Virus record (IMG/VR): IMGVR_UViG_3300029959_000009
Location: 6,699 to 70,698 of that record
Length of the DNA stretch: 64,000 nt
From: a virus
Taxonomy: Duplodnaviria; Caudoviricetes
Strand: one strand, 5' to 3'
The position numbers were made by a program, and so were the translations under genes. The stretch's first letter is position 1. Every line of letters starts with the position of its first letter. The notes below the pieces were generated by a model. That model was given only the letters and a program-made list of their open reading frames with translations. It was not told the DNA's origin and did no database searches. This document shows, piece by piece, positions 1 through 9,152 of the stretch.

Positions 1-517
1 GCTTTGCCCTGGCGAGAGCGGCTTCGGCCAACGTGGCGATGACTACGGGTTTCTCCTCGTTGCCCTGGATCGTCACTGTATCAGACCATCCAAGATATGT
101 GTCGGCGTATGTCTCCAGAAGGCCGTGGTCCCCGGCTATCCTCTCGTGCTTAACTGTGGTCGGCTTGCCTTCGCCGTCTAAAGAGTTGCACGCAGGGCAC
201 TTGCCGAACCACTTCATAGGGTCTTCTGTGATCTCCTTGCAGTCGGGGTTCATGCAGAAGGTGAAGAATCGGTCCCGCATGGCGACTTCGACCAGCTGGC
301 GCTTTTCGACGTTGCCCGTGACCTCGCCGCTGTCCATGATGGCTTGAAGCTCGGGATCCTGCTTCAGTCGAACCCCGAAGTGGTCCTCGGACATGCCTAT
401 GGACCTGGCGATCTCTCGCTGGGTACACTTCAGTTTCGCTAAGTAGCGCACCTTATCGAGGGGGATGGGCTGGTAGGATCTCGGTGGGCGGCCTCGCCTG
501 CGTTTCTGTTCTTCCAT
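1..517 (-). CDS. Probable terminase small subunit (3' end outside window)
   Basis: Hand-translated from ATG 517: MEEQKRRRGRPPRSYQPIPLDKVRYLAKLKCTQREIARSIGMSEDHFG..., with an N-terminal HTH and no stop before base 1. Same strand as the virion operon. Absent from the ORF track because it has no stop. Confidence 0.5.
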   Translation of the reverse strand, partial: MEEQKRRRGRPPRSYQPIPLDKVRYLAKLKCTQREIARSIGMSEDHFGVRLKQDPELQAIMDSGEVTGNVEKRQLVEVAMRDRFFTFCMNPDCKEITEDPMKWFGKCPACNSLDGEGKPTTVKHERIAGDHGLLETYADTYLGWSDTVTIQGNEEKPVVIATLAEAALARAK

Positions 518-558
518 AATGATGCTCTTTATCCTAGAAAAAATATCGGCGTTAGGGG

Positions 559-716
559 GATTTTCTGTAGATTTTTCAGGGAATTTGGAACGAATATTAA
601 GAGGATATTCTGATTTATTATTGATTTATCAGGCTATTATTTGGATTTATTTCAGTAATTCAGGATATTTCTAAGCCATTTTTGGGCTATTTTTCGAGAA
701 TTAAAAGAGATTATTT
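559..716. other. Phased A/T-tract (bent DNA) segment upstream of the TerS-like gene
   Basis: About 15 (G)ATT(T) tracts starting near 559,570,581,592,603,612,623,634,644,655,664,677,688,698,709, spacing about 10.7 bp. Confidence 0.55.
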
Positions 717-1147
717 GGGAGGCCATCGCGCCTTTTGGGCCTGCCAATAGCGATTATTTAGCAGGCAATCGATATGAGCATCCCAGCAGAAGGCTGAGGG
801 GCGAGGCTTGCCTCTCCGCAAAAAGTCGGGAAGCGTCTGGCAGGGTGACTCTTCTCCCTGATTAGGATGTGGTACAGATTAGCGTACTGGCTGCCCTGGA
901 ACGGGAAGAGGCTTCATCTATCATACGATCAGCCAGACCAGTTACCCGGTCTCATGCCTCCGATTCCGCGTCCTTCATTTGCTTGTACGAGTCGTTTTGT
1001 CAGATTCTAAACCGTGTCTCTATTCCTCATCGCCCTAGTGATGAGGGGAAGTGCCCAACCTGGAATTGCAGGTACGACTCTAGCAATAGACTATTCAAGG
1101 TAAGATGATATGACTGATATAGCTAACGGTGATAGGTACGCGCTCCT

Positions 1148-1190
1148 CCCCGGCCTGAAGACCGGGGACTCCGCGCTGTTACGAGTTGAA
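1148..1190 (-). mobile_element. IS200/IS605-type left-end hairpin remnant
   Basis: ccccggcctgaagaccggggact differs at one base from the left-end hairpin of the 11840-12257 element. On the minus strand it reads TTCAA|ctcg, versus TTAA|ctcg in the intact elements. Confidence 0.5.
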
Positions 1191-1375
1191 TGACTGCAGG
1201 CACTCCCAAGAAATTTAATCCTTTTTTAGAACCTCTTTTTCAAGATTCTCTTTTAATCTAAACCTGTGATCCTCTGCGAACATCCACGGCTCAGATCGCT
1301 CAGGATACTTCGCTAAAAGCGCCCGAAGGCCCCAAGAAGAGGGTTCGGTCGTCTTCCTAATACAGGCGTCGCACA

Positions 1376-1525
1376 TTAGTAGCCCTCGGCATTCATCCTC
1401 TCTTCGAGGATCTCCCAAATAAGGTCGGACTGCTTATGCACAGTTCCCTTCTTCTTTATCGTCATTATTTGGAAGCGTTCGAGCTGCTCAGGGTCCTTTA
1501 CAGTTAATGAGATCTTTTTCTGCAT
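1376..1525 (-). CDS. Small ribbon-helix-helix-like protein (49 aa)
   Basis: MQKKISLTVRDPEQLERFQIMTIKKKGTVHKQSDLIWEILEERMNAEGY: N-terminal beta strand plus S-D-L-I helix pattern. Confidence 0.5.
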   Translation of the reverse strand: MQKKISLTVKDPEQLERFQIMTIKKKGTVHKQSDLIWEILEERMNAEGY

Positions 1526-1529
1526 ACTG

Positions 1530-1555
1530 AGTACTTATAAGCAATAGTACTTATA
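1530..1555. promoter_or_regulatory. Direct-repeat operator AGTACTTATA x2
   Basis: Exact 10-mers at 1530-1539 and 1546-1555, directly upstream of the RHH start. Confidence 0.5.
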
Positions 1556-1585
1556 CCTTATGGATCTAAAAGGAGTGCGAAAAAT

Positions 1586-2515
1586 TTAGGTTATGTCGAA
1601 GTCTTCCCAGCTTTCAGCCTGGCAGACTTCGCAGGATGGGTTTTCAGGCTCTTTTACAGGCTTTTTATCCTTGTAGGACCTCGTGCAGGCATTCCAGCCA
1701 GGGCACGCGAGAGGGCAGTCATCGCAGGATTTGGGCCCTATTATTTCGAGCTCATCAGGATTATGGGGGTTATCGTCGTATGGATCCTCTGGATTCTTCG
1801 CAGGCTGATATGGAGTGTTATTTATCAGCCCATATTCTGAGCTTTGGGTCTCAGGATCGCAGGGCTTTTCATCGCTTGGAGCTGGAGAATATTCTCCATT
1901 CTCCAGGATTCTAGGGGCGATAATAGCCTCGATCCATGTGTTTTGATCCTCGTTATAAGCGATCTTCAGAGGGCTATCGCGATCACTTACGAATACGACG
2001 TCTATATTCGTATTAAGCGCCTTATCAGGTATCTCCCTTATAGCCTCCCTTAAGAGTTCATTGGATAAGAGAAGATCCTTATTTGGGCCTACATATCCCC
2101 TCTCAAGGCAAACCATGAAATCTGAGGGGTTATGCCTATCATCAAAGGGCATAAAGAAGATTTTTCCAAGCCTAAAGGATATCTGCCAGTATTCGACAGA
2201 TGGCATTTTTACGCAGCACGTATCTTTAGGAGTTGGCTTTTTATCTCCATGACAATAAGAGCTGCCTGTCATCCTATTATACGCCTTGCCCATCTTAAGG
2301 CAGTTCTTTAAGAGCTTTAGAGGTACTCTGATAGAGGAGTCGTAAGGGTAGGACTCTAGGAGCCTCGCGAGGGATTTGATGCCTATATCGTCCCCCTTTG
2401 TGGTCTCCTTTGTTGGTGCGACCCAAACGATTGTATTAGAGGGGTTTATATAAAAAGTCCTGTTGTCGATGCTTGCGATGTTGGGGCAGTTCTTAGCTAT
2501 CCTTTCAAGGCACAT
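1586..2515 (-). CDS. Hypothetical protein (309 aa) with Cys-rich C-terminus
   Basis: Long ORF with an upstream GGTGGA RBS and TATA box; no family recognised. Confidence 0.65.
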   Translation of the reverse strand: MCLERIAKNCPNIASIDNRTFYINPSNTIVWVAPTKETTKGDDIGIKSLARLLESYPYDSSIRVPLKLLKNCLKMGKAYNRMTGSSYCHGDKKPTPKDTCCVKMPSVEYWQISFRLGKIFFMPFDDRHNPSDFMVCLERGYVGPNKDLLLSNELLREAIREIPDKALNTNIDVVFVSDRDSPLKIAYNEDQNTWIEAIIAPRILENGEYSPAPSDEKPCDPETQSSEYGLINNTPYQPAKNPEDPYDDNPHNPDELEIIGPKSCDDCPLACPGWNACTRSYKDKKPVKEPENPSCEVCQAESWEDFDIT

Positions 2516-2533
2516 GGTTATCCACCAAGTACC

Positions 2534-2611
2534 ATAGTACTATCTTATCCTATATAAACCTTAGTACTATTGTTCTAAGGCGAAAGGTATAAATAGGTTC
2601 AATAGTACTAT
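2534..2611. promoter_or_regulatory. Divergent archaeal promoter with three TAGTACTA palindromes
   Basis: TATATAAA at 2551-2558; CGAAAG-G-TATAAATA (BRE+TATA-like) at 2581-2594; palindromes at 2535, 2562 and 2603, between the divergent ORFs starting at 2515(-) and 2653(+). Confidence 0.65.
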
Positions 2612-2652
2612 AGTATCTTGTGCGCTGAGAGAGCGTGCAGGTGAGCTAAGAC

Positions 2653-2976
2653 ATGAGTGCTTCTGAGATTGAAAAGGCGAAGCTTCAAGCTATAATCGAC
2701 AGGCAGAGGGCAGAGCGCGAGGTATCACTCCTTCAGGCTGAGATTCAAGGTCACAAGAACTATGAAAATTATGTGAGGTGCTGCATAAAAGCGAATGAGA
2801 AGCCCCTGAACTACGATGAGTACACAGCGCAGACGTACACTGTGAACGAGAACCTGAGAGCGCTAAACGATCCTTGCGCGTGGTTCTACAACGATGCAGG
2901 GCTAAGGGAGAAGGCGAGGATTCGAGCGCAGACAGATGAAGGAAAGAAGGCTCTGCATTGGGGCGAGGTGGCATAA
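2653..2976 (+). CDS. Hypothetical protein
   Basis: First gene after the promoter, with a GGTGAG RBS. Confidence 0.65.
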   Translation: MSASEIEKAKLQAIIDRQRAEREVSLLQAEIQGHKNYENYVRCCIKANEKPLNYDEYTAQTYTVNENLRALNDPCAWFYNDAGLREKARIRAQTDEGKKALHWGEVA

Positions 2977-3138
2977 ATGTCCCCCCTCCCCTCTTCCTCC
3001 CCCCAGGATGAGTTCATGAAGCTCCCCCTCGCTGATCGTATCGCAGCCTGGGAGATCGCCAGGGAGCGCAAGGGACCTGCAGCACAAATTAAGATCGCAG
3101 ATATGCTAAAGGCCCATAAGTTCATAGTGGAGGCCTGA
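2977..3138 (+). CDS. Hypothetical protein (53 aa)
   Basis: ATG abuts the previous stop; MSPLPSSSPQDEFMKLPLADRIAAWEIARE... Confidence 0.5.
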   Translation: MSPLPSSSPQDEFMKLPLADRIAAWEIARERKGPAAQIKIADMLKAHKFIVEA

Positions 3139-3142
3139 AGCG

Positions 3143-3349
3143 ATGCAAAAGCGCTTTGGCCCTGAGACGAACGCATATAACGCGCGCTGCTATCATGAGC
3201 GCTTCATGCGAGATATAGCGAAAGGGGACCTTTCAGAGGTCTCCACGCCTTACCTTGAAGCTCTGCAGATGGAGATCGCTGCAGAGCTGCAGAGCAGAGA
3301 CGTTGATGGATTCCAAGATGTGGAGAAATATTATGCAGGATGTGAGTGA
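3143..3349 (+). CDS. Hypothetical protein
   Basis: Tightly packed in the plus-strand operon. Confidence 0.55.
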   Translation: MQKRFGPETNAYNARCYHERFMRDIAKGDLSEVSTPYLEALQMEIAAELQSRDVDGFQDVEKYYAGCE

Positions 3350-3475
3350 AAAATGAAAGAGGATAAATCTAAGTGGGCTCCAAAGCCAGAAGGCATGAAT
3401 GAGTTCTCATACTCCATGGGCCAGCGCCAGATTGCGCAAGCGAAGGCGCAAGGGCGATGGAGAGGCAATAATTAT

Positions 3476-3517
3476 TAGCAGCTCTGGAAGGCCAGGGTTC
3501 GATTCCCTGGGCTGCTA
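3476..3517 (+). ncRNA. tRNA-like minihelix (acceptor stem + T-arm only)
   Basis: tagcagc/gctgcta 7-bp stem stacked on ccaggg-TTCGATT-ccctgg, with a 9-nt linker in place of the D and anticodon arms. Confidence 0.4.
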
Positions 3518-3532
3518 TCAAAATCTAAGGAG

Positions 3533-3814
3533 ATGAATAAAATGAAGATAATCGTGAGGACTGACAACGTAATGCGTGACGATTTCGCTTCCCTTGTGCA
3601 GGTGGAGAGGGGAGATGGGGCGCTAGCTACTAATGATGGTAGCGTAACCAGGTTCGAGCGCTTTCCTGTAGGCACCTACCTGATAGAGATGTACGCAAAC
3701 AGGACAGGATCGCAGAAGTTCTACTATCCCTGCCCTATTGGCTTCGAGAAGGCGCTCAGGGCAATGAGCCAGGATGATGCCTACGAGGCCATGAACATAT
3801 ATGTATTCGCATAG
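3533..3814 (+). CDS. Hypothetical protein
   Basis: AAGGAG RBS; operon context. Confidence 0.6.
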   Translation: MNKMKIIVRTDNVMRDDFASLVQVERGDGALATNDGSVTRFERFPVGTYLIEMYANRTGSQKFYYPCPIGFEKALRAMSQDDAYEAMNIYVFA

Positions 3815-3888
3815 GCTGCAATAGCGTCGCAGAGCCAGGAGTCGCGATCCTGGCTGCAGCATCAATCGATATGGAGGATTGAATAAAT

Positions 3889-4230
3889 ATGGAAACGCTT
3901 GAGATCGCATTGAAACGCCCTAGGGGCGAAATAAAAACTGTGACTGTGGATATACAGGAGATCCCTGAGGGGGATACGTTGGGCTGGAATTACAGGGCCT
4001 GGATCAATATCGCTGGAATGACAGTCGAATTCATGCAGGCAGCAAAGGGAGATAGAGATATCAGAGATTATTTCCCCTTCGAAGAGCATGATACCTACAG
4101 GGATGAGGGAGTCGTCGCCCACAGGACGCCTATCAATTCTTTTCAGGACTGGATTGACTGGCTGAAAGAGTATGTATCTGGCCTAGATCCTCGCGACATA
4201 TTCAAGGCCAGGCGCGAAGAAGGCCTTTAA
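3889..4230 (+). CDS. Hypothetical protein
   Basis: GGAGG RBS; operon context. Confidence 0.6.
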   Translation: METLEIALKRPRGEIKTVTVDIQEIPEGDTLGWNYRAWINIAGMTVEFMQAAKGDRDIRDYFPFEEHDTYRDEGVVAHRTPINSFQDWIDWLKEYVSGLDPRDIFKARREEGL

Positions 4231-4273
4231 TTATTTTTCCTAATTATAATAGCGATAATAAGAAGGTGAGCCA

Positions 4274-5047
4274 ATGGAATTATTCGATCCAATAAAAAGA
4301 AGTGAGGAAGTTGAGGCAATCGTCATGAAGGGGCCAGCGCGCGCCTACTATCGCTTTAGGTTCGCGCGCTTCTATGGTGGTATAATTACAGCAGACGCAA
4401 TAGGCTGCAATCTCCTTTGCGCATATTGCTGGAGCTTCCAAAAGAACTTGAGTCCAGAAGGCCAGGGAGAATTTTATCGCCCCTCTGAAGTGGCTCTTAA
4501 GCTTCGCAAGCTGTCGCGCTCTAATGACTGCGATCAATACAGAATATCAGGAAGCGAGCCTTTCCTAGGAGAGGCAAGCGCGAAACATATAGAAAGAATT
4601 ATAAATGTGGTGGGAGGAAGCTGGGTAATCGAGACCAATGGGCTTATCATTGGTTATCAGCCTAAGATATTGGATTTATTCAAGAATCTGGATATTTTCT
4701 GGAGAGTGACCATAAAAGGCCATAATAAGGAGATCTTCGAGAAGGTCACAGGGGCGAAAGGGGAGTTTTTCAAGTATCCTCTTCAAGCCATCGATGAGCT
4801 GAAAGCCAGGGGTTTAAGGCTGCAAGTGGCCTATAATCCTGAGTTTGTACGTCTTAACCTGCCAAGGATAGACGTAGAGCATGAGAAGCTGCACACCTAT
4901 TCTGGAGTGGCTGCAAGGATGAAAGCTAGAGGCTTAAGGGGAGGCGATAAGCCAGAAAAGGCAGAAGGCAGAAGGGAGAGGCCCAAAAGGGCCCCTAGAC
5001 AAACTGCCTTGAACTGTGATGAGGGTATGTATCAGGATCTAACCTGA
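4274..5047 (+). CDS. Radical SAM protein (archaeal COG5014-like)
   Basis: RFYGGIITADAIGCNLLCAYCW contains CxxxCxxC; also SGSEP (GGEP-like) and IETNG motifs. Confidence 0.85.
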   Translation: MELFDPIKRSEEVEAIVMKGPARAYYRFRFARFYGGIITADAIGCNLLCAYCWSFQKNLSPEGQGEFYRPSEVALKLRKLSRSNDCDQYRISGSEPFLGEASAKHIERIINVVGGSWVIETNGLIIGYQPKILDLFKNLDIFWRVTIKGHNKEIFEKVTGAKGEFFKYPLQAIDELKARGLRLQVAYNPEFVRLNLPRIDVEHEKLHTYSGVAARMKARGLRGGDKPEKAEGRRERPKRAPRQTALNCDEGMYQDLT

Positions 5048-5217
5048 TATCTCCCTACCTTCTCCTGGGTTTGATGGTCCAGGCTCCAGGCACTTTCCCA
5101 CCTGTCTGTCTCTTGCCCTGGATGGTGCCTCTGCCTTTTCTGGCTCCACCGCCTCCACCACCGCCTTCTTTAGTGCAAATCATGTCTTTTGTCACCTCCT
5201 GAATAGATTAACTAGGA

Positions 5218-6366
5218 TTAAATTACGTTCTGCTCGTTGAACATCTTGGTAAACGTGGCGCGATCCATGGCCCGGCGATCCTCGATCCATTCCCAGCCAT
5301 GCTCTTGGCAGACCTTTTGAATCGTCTTCCCCCCACCGTAGACACAGAAAATGATATCCTTTTTACCCTGGCGCGCCTCTTCGGAGCCTTCGAGGAATCG
5401 CTGCTTTGCGAGCTCGTACTGCGGGAGGTTCTTATCAGGCCACTCGCTGTAGCCCCTGGTGAAGTATGCTCTCCATCCTGGAGGTATCCCGAGCATGTTG
5501 AGGTCGAAGAACCGCTCGTTGACGTTCATGTCAGCGTAAATCAAGCGCCCGTTTTCTTGCCAAAATCTCGATATCCATCTTTTTTCATAAATTTTACCGA
5601 GGACGTAGGCGCGTCTCATATCCCGATAGTTACTGAAATTGGGTTCGACTAAGTTCCTCGCGCCCGATTTTAGCGGCTTGGTGGGATCTTTCCAGAGGGA
5701 TTCAAACTTGTCGTCCTCACAGTACCAATGAATCGTTCCCCGGCGCTGTGTGCGGTGATTGATATCCCCCCATTGAACTACGGGCCGATCCGGGAAAGTA
5801 TCGGCCTGCATGTTAAGAGCTAATACCGGCACTTCCCAATCGTTATCGGTCGGATAGGTGATATCAGGAACGTCTTCTTTAGTGAGTTCTTCGGGCTTCG
5901 GGGGTTTATAAGACTCTATATTGAACTCTGGAAGGGGGTCTTCTATCCATTTATCGAGTTGTAAAGGCTTTAATGGCTCTAAATCAAAACCGCCTAGCTT
6001 TAGGGCCGAAAGCTCTTCGGTCATCACCGAGTTGTCGTACTTTGCGATATTAGCGCTTCGGTTATGTGCTATTCGATATGCTTTGGCTTGGTCTTTGTTA
6101 AGCTTCTCGCAGATGAGAACAGGTACTTCCATCATGCCCTTTTGTTTTGCGGCGATCAGCCTGCCGTGACCTGCTATAATCTCCAAATCGGCGTCGCAAA
6201 TAATTACATCAGAGAACCCAAAGCTGTCGATGCTGGAATAGATAGCTGCTAAGTCGCGCTGGCCGTGTTTCTTGGAGTTTCGTTCATAGGGCCGAATGGA
6301 GTCCACGGGCAGAACATCGATTTTTAAGCCGAGCTCCGCTAACTTGGTAGAGATATCCTGTTCCAT
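5218..6366 (-). CDS. ParB/Srx-like N-terminal domain fused to DUF4417-like domain
   Basis: IRPYERNSKKH...IIAGHGRLIAAKQ (ParB) and IHWYCEDDKFESLW...PNFSNYRD (DUF4417-like). Confidence 0.75.
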   Translation of the reverse strand: MEQDISTKLAELGLKIDVLPVDSIRPYERNSKKHGQRDLAAIYSSIDSFGFSDVIICDADLEIIAGHGRLIAAKQKGMMEVPVLICEKLNKDQAKAYRIAHNRSANIAKYDNSVMTEELSALKLGGFDLEPLKPLQLDKWIEDPLPEFNIESYKPPKPEELTKEDVPDITYPTDNDWEVPVLALNMQADTFPDRPVVQWGDINHRTQRRGTIHWYCEDDKFESLWKDPTKPLKSGARNLVEPNFSNYRDMRRAYVLGKIYEKRWISRFWQENGRLIYADMNVNERFFDLNMLGIPPGWRAYFTRGYSEWPDKNLPQYELAKQRFLEGSEEARQGKKDIIFCVYGGGKTIQKVCQEHGWEWIEDRRAMDRATFTKMFNEQNVI

Positions 6367-6390
6367 TAAAATCAAGCTCGAATTAAAAAT

Positions 6391-7092
6391 TTATTCGGGG
6401 TCTTCCCACTGTCTGCTTGAGGGGTTCCAATAGGTGTATTTTCTCTCTGGGTGATGTGGGCAAAATCCGAAATGTCCTATAGAGAAATTGCAGTTCATGC
6501 AGAGGATACGATACTCTTTTTTTAATTCCTCGGGCCACCCCAGTCTGTTAAACTCTTTTAGTAAAGAGTTCCCGGATTTGGCCCTAGGAGATCGTCTATA
6601 ATCATTGCCGTGCCCATTTATATGATCTATCGAGAGAAATTCGCGCGTTGATTCTCCACAGCAAGCACATGGCCCGAAAAATTCCAACGCACTCTCCCAA
6701 AGATGATCTAAATATTTCTTAAATCTTTTTGAGTATTTTTCTGGACACGCCTTCCGGTCCTTTTTGGCAAATTCTGAGACGTGGCGAGAGATGTCCTTCG
6801 GCTTTGAGTAATAATAATCCATCGCGTGCTTTATGTTACAGTCTTTGCATATCGCATGTAGCCCCAGCCGTTTATTTCGTTCGCATTTATGGAACTCGCC
6901 CAGGGGTTTTTCTTCGCCGCATCTACTACAGCGCTTCGTTTCTGGCAAAACTTCCAACCGACGAACTCTTAATGACTCGTAATAGCATTCATTGGAACAG
7001 AATTTGCGGCCTCGATTGGCTACTGAATAATAAGTCTCAACTTCTTTACCACATGTCTTACATTGAAATTTTATGGTTCGTGATGGTTTCAC
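6391..7092 (-). CDS. HNH homing endonuclease with N-terminal zinc fingers
   Basis: CACCGE..LSIDHING...ILCMNCN catalytic region; several CxxC pairs. Confidence 0.8.
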   Translation of the reverse strand: MKPSRTIKFQCKTCGKEVETYYSVANRGRKFCSNECYYESLRVRRLEVLPETKRCSRCGEEKPLGEFHKCERNKRLGLHAICKDCNIKHAMDYYYSKPKDISRHVSEFAKKDRKACPEKYSKRFKKYLDHLWESALEFFGPCACCGESTREFLSIDHINGHGNDYRRSPRAKSGNSLLKEFNRLGWPEELKKEYRILCMNCNFSIGHFGFCPHHPERKYTYWNPSSRQWEDPE

Positions 7093-7786
7093 TTAACCCG
7101 CCTCCGATAGCGTCTCCGAGATTGTCAAGAGCTGGAAAGGGCTCTCGGATAAGCGCCCGTTCGGGACTGGGGATCAGCCAGCCTCTATCCAGCAATTATA
7201 CTCTGACACCTGAGTATTAATAATCAGCGCTATTTAAACGCTATCAGTGCGGCGTGAAAGTGATTATTTCTTCTGGTCTCGCTTCATTATCTCAGCGATG
7301 TTCGGGAACGGCTGAAAGCTCAGGTCCGGCTCATGGGCGCGACAGGGCTTGCCGTCGATTATCGGCTTTGGCTTCATCGGCGGCTGATCGGGTATATCGT
7401 CCATGTAGTCCTCTATCATTTTTGTAAAATGATCGCGCGGGCCTCTCGCTGTCTCCTCCGGGCCTTGTTGGAGGCAAGTTTGAACCTGTTGGTGAACCAT
7501 GAAAAGGGTTAGATTCTGCCCGGATAAGGAGGCCGAGGCTCGCGGGTATTTTTATGAACCATCGGGAATTTCCTGATGGGTGGATCGGATGGTGTAAACG
7601 CCCGGGGGCCTCTGGCCTTGCTTCGGTGCACCTCAGCGTCGGGCGTGTTACTAGAAGAGATGCGGCCCGATCTAAAGGTGAGTGTGGGGGATTGATCTGA
7701 GAACAGGATCGGGCCGCTACGAGAGATTGGGGTTACTGGAAGCTGTCGCTATCTCGCCTCTGCCACCTCCATCACAGCCCGAAGGC

Positions 7787-8176
7787 TCAGTACAAGGCAG
7801 AGCGAACGGCAGACTCGGGAATTGTTGTAAACCTCATCATAGTCTTGCAGAAGTATTCGTCCTGTAAGGAGGCATCCCACCCCCAGGGATCCTCGAACCT
7901 CTGCAGGGCTTTCATGATGAGATGGACCTGGACCTGTGCCAGAGGATATTTTTTATTGATGTCTGAGAGGACTTTTTCAAAATACCCTACCGGCGACGGT
8001 CTGCAAGAACTTGATGGAGCATGCACGAGGCCGCAGATAGTACAAAAGGCGTGCGGTCGCAGGCCGCCAACCGCAGGTAGCCAAACTTGCTCCCGCTGGC
8101 TGCACCTGACATGACTATGCTGTTTCTGGCTCACCTGAACACCTGGGCTTCCCGGCGTGGCGGCTCCAACCACCAC
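7787..8176 (-). CDS. Hypothetical Zn-binding protein (start uncertain)
   Basis: HxxC...WLP...HAFCTICGLV pattern followed by a helical region. Confidence 0.5.
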   Translation of the reverse strand: MVVGAATPGSPGVQVSQKQHSHVRCSQREQVWLPAVGGLRPHAFCTICGLVHAPSSSCRPSPVGYFEKVLSDINKKYPLAQVQVHLIMKALQRFEDPWGWDASLQDEYFCKTMMRFTTIPESAVRSALY

Positions 8177-8536
8177 AATAGATTATTAATGAGGAGAGTA
8201 TATAAATGTTTGTGCGATCAGGGCAACGACTGTTAATGTCTGGCCTTTATGTGATAATAATAGTAAATTCGATAAGAAACGGTATTAAGGAAAAGAATAA
8301 TAAAAATGGTTAAGAGATAGTGGAGATTTATATTATTTATCTATATGATGCCCTTTCGCGTCGATCGCCAGCCCAAACGTCCGGTACTGTTCGTGCTTGG
8401 TGGCTGCGAGTATGGCGGCCTCCCTGAGTATTGATCGTTCTATCCGATCTGCAGTAGGGGCAGAAGGTTCGACCGTAAGCCTCTTTCACCCAGCTATATG
8501 TCTCATCGAATAGTTCCCGCTCTGATGTTTCTTGAG

Positions 8537-8884
8537 TCATGGTTGGGGCTCCTGCTCTTCGTCGCTCACTAATACCAAGCTCCCTTTCGGTATTCTTCCG
8601 TCCATCGCGTCCTCCTCAATGATTACGGCTTTGGTTCCGAATGGTGTCTTGATGCCTCGCTCGAAGGCGTTTCTGATCGCCTCTTTAGTATAGAGATTAC
8701 CATCACTGCCCGTCTGGTCCGGGATGAGGATGACTCCTAAGATTATCATTGTTGGGGCTCCTGTTTCGCCGAGCTCGCCCCCTCCTGCAAGAACTGTCTC
8801 GCCAATGACCCAAGATACGCAATCTCTCTTACATCGAAATCTCCCCGAATAAGCGTCTGGAAGTTCTTTGCGAAGTTTACCCAT
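8537..8884 (-). CDS. Hypothetical protein
   Basis: ATGA-type overlap with the next gene. Confidence 0.5.
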   Translation of the reverse strand: MGKLRKELPDAYSGRFRCKRDCVSWVIGETVLAGGGELGETGAPTMIILGVILIPDQTGSDGNLYTKEAIRNAFERGIKTPFGTKAVIIEEDAMDGRIPKGSLVLVSDEEQEPQP

Positions 8885-8999
8885 CCAGTAGATGTGCCAG
8901 AGAGCTCACACATTATTTTTTGAAGCTCGATGCCGCGCTTTCTGGATATGCCTATAAAGCCATCCGTGAGTATATTTATTTTACAGATTTCTTCGGGGG

Positions 9000-9152
9000 T
9001 CATTGCTGTAGCTCCTCGACAGGCAGCTTTACATTCCGCCTACAGGACGGGCAGGTCACGTAGGCGGGGCAGTCCTTTGTGGAGCGCTTCGTGCCCTGGT
9101 AGTCCCACCCCTCGGCACGCTTGCAGCCGGGGCGGGTGCATTTGACGAACAT
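9000..9152 (-). CDS. Zn-ribbon microprotein (50 aa)
   Basis: MFVKCTRPGCKRAEGWDYQG...VTCPSCRRNVKL. Confidence 0.55.
   Translation of the reverse strand: MFVKCTRPGCKRAEGWDYQGTKRSTKDCPAYVTCPSCRRNVKLPVEELQQ

Noticed and set aside
3476-3517. Bona fide tRNA gene
   Set aside because: No D arm, anticodon arm or CCA; kept only as a tRNA-like element.
4274-5047. QueE / 7-deazaguanine modification pathway
   Set aside because: No FolE, QueC, QueD or DpdA-like genes were recognised, and the motif context fits COG5014 better.
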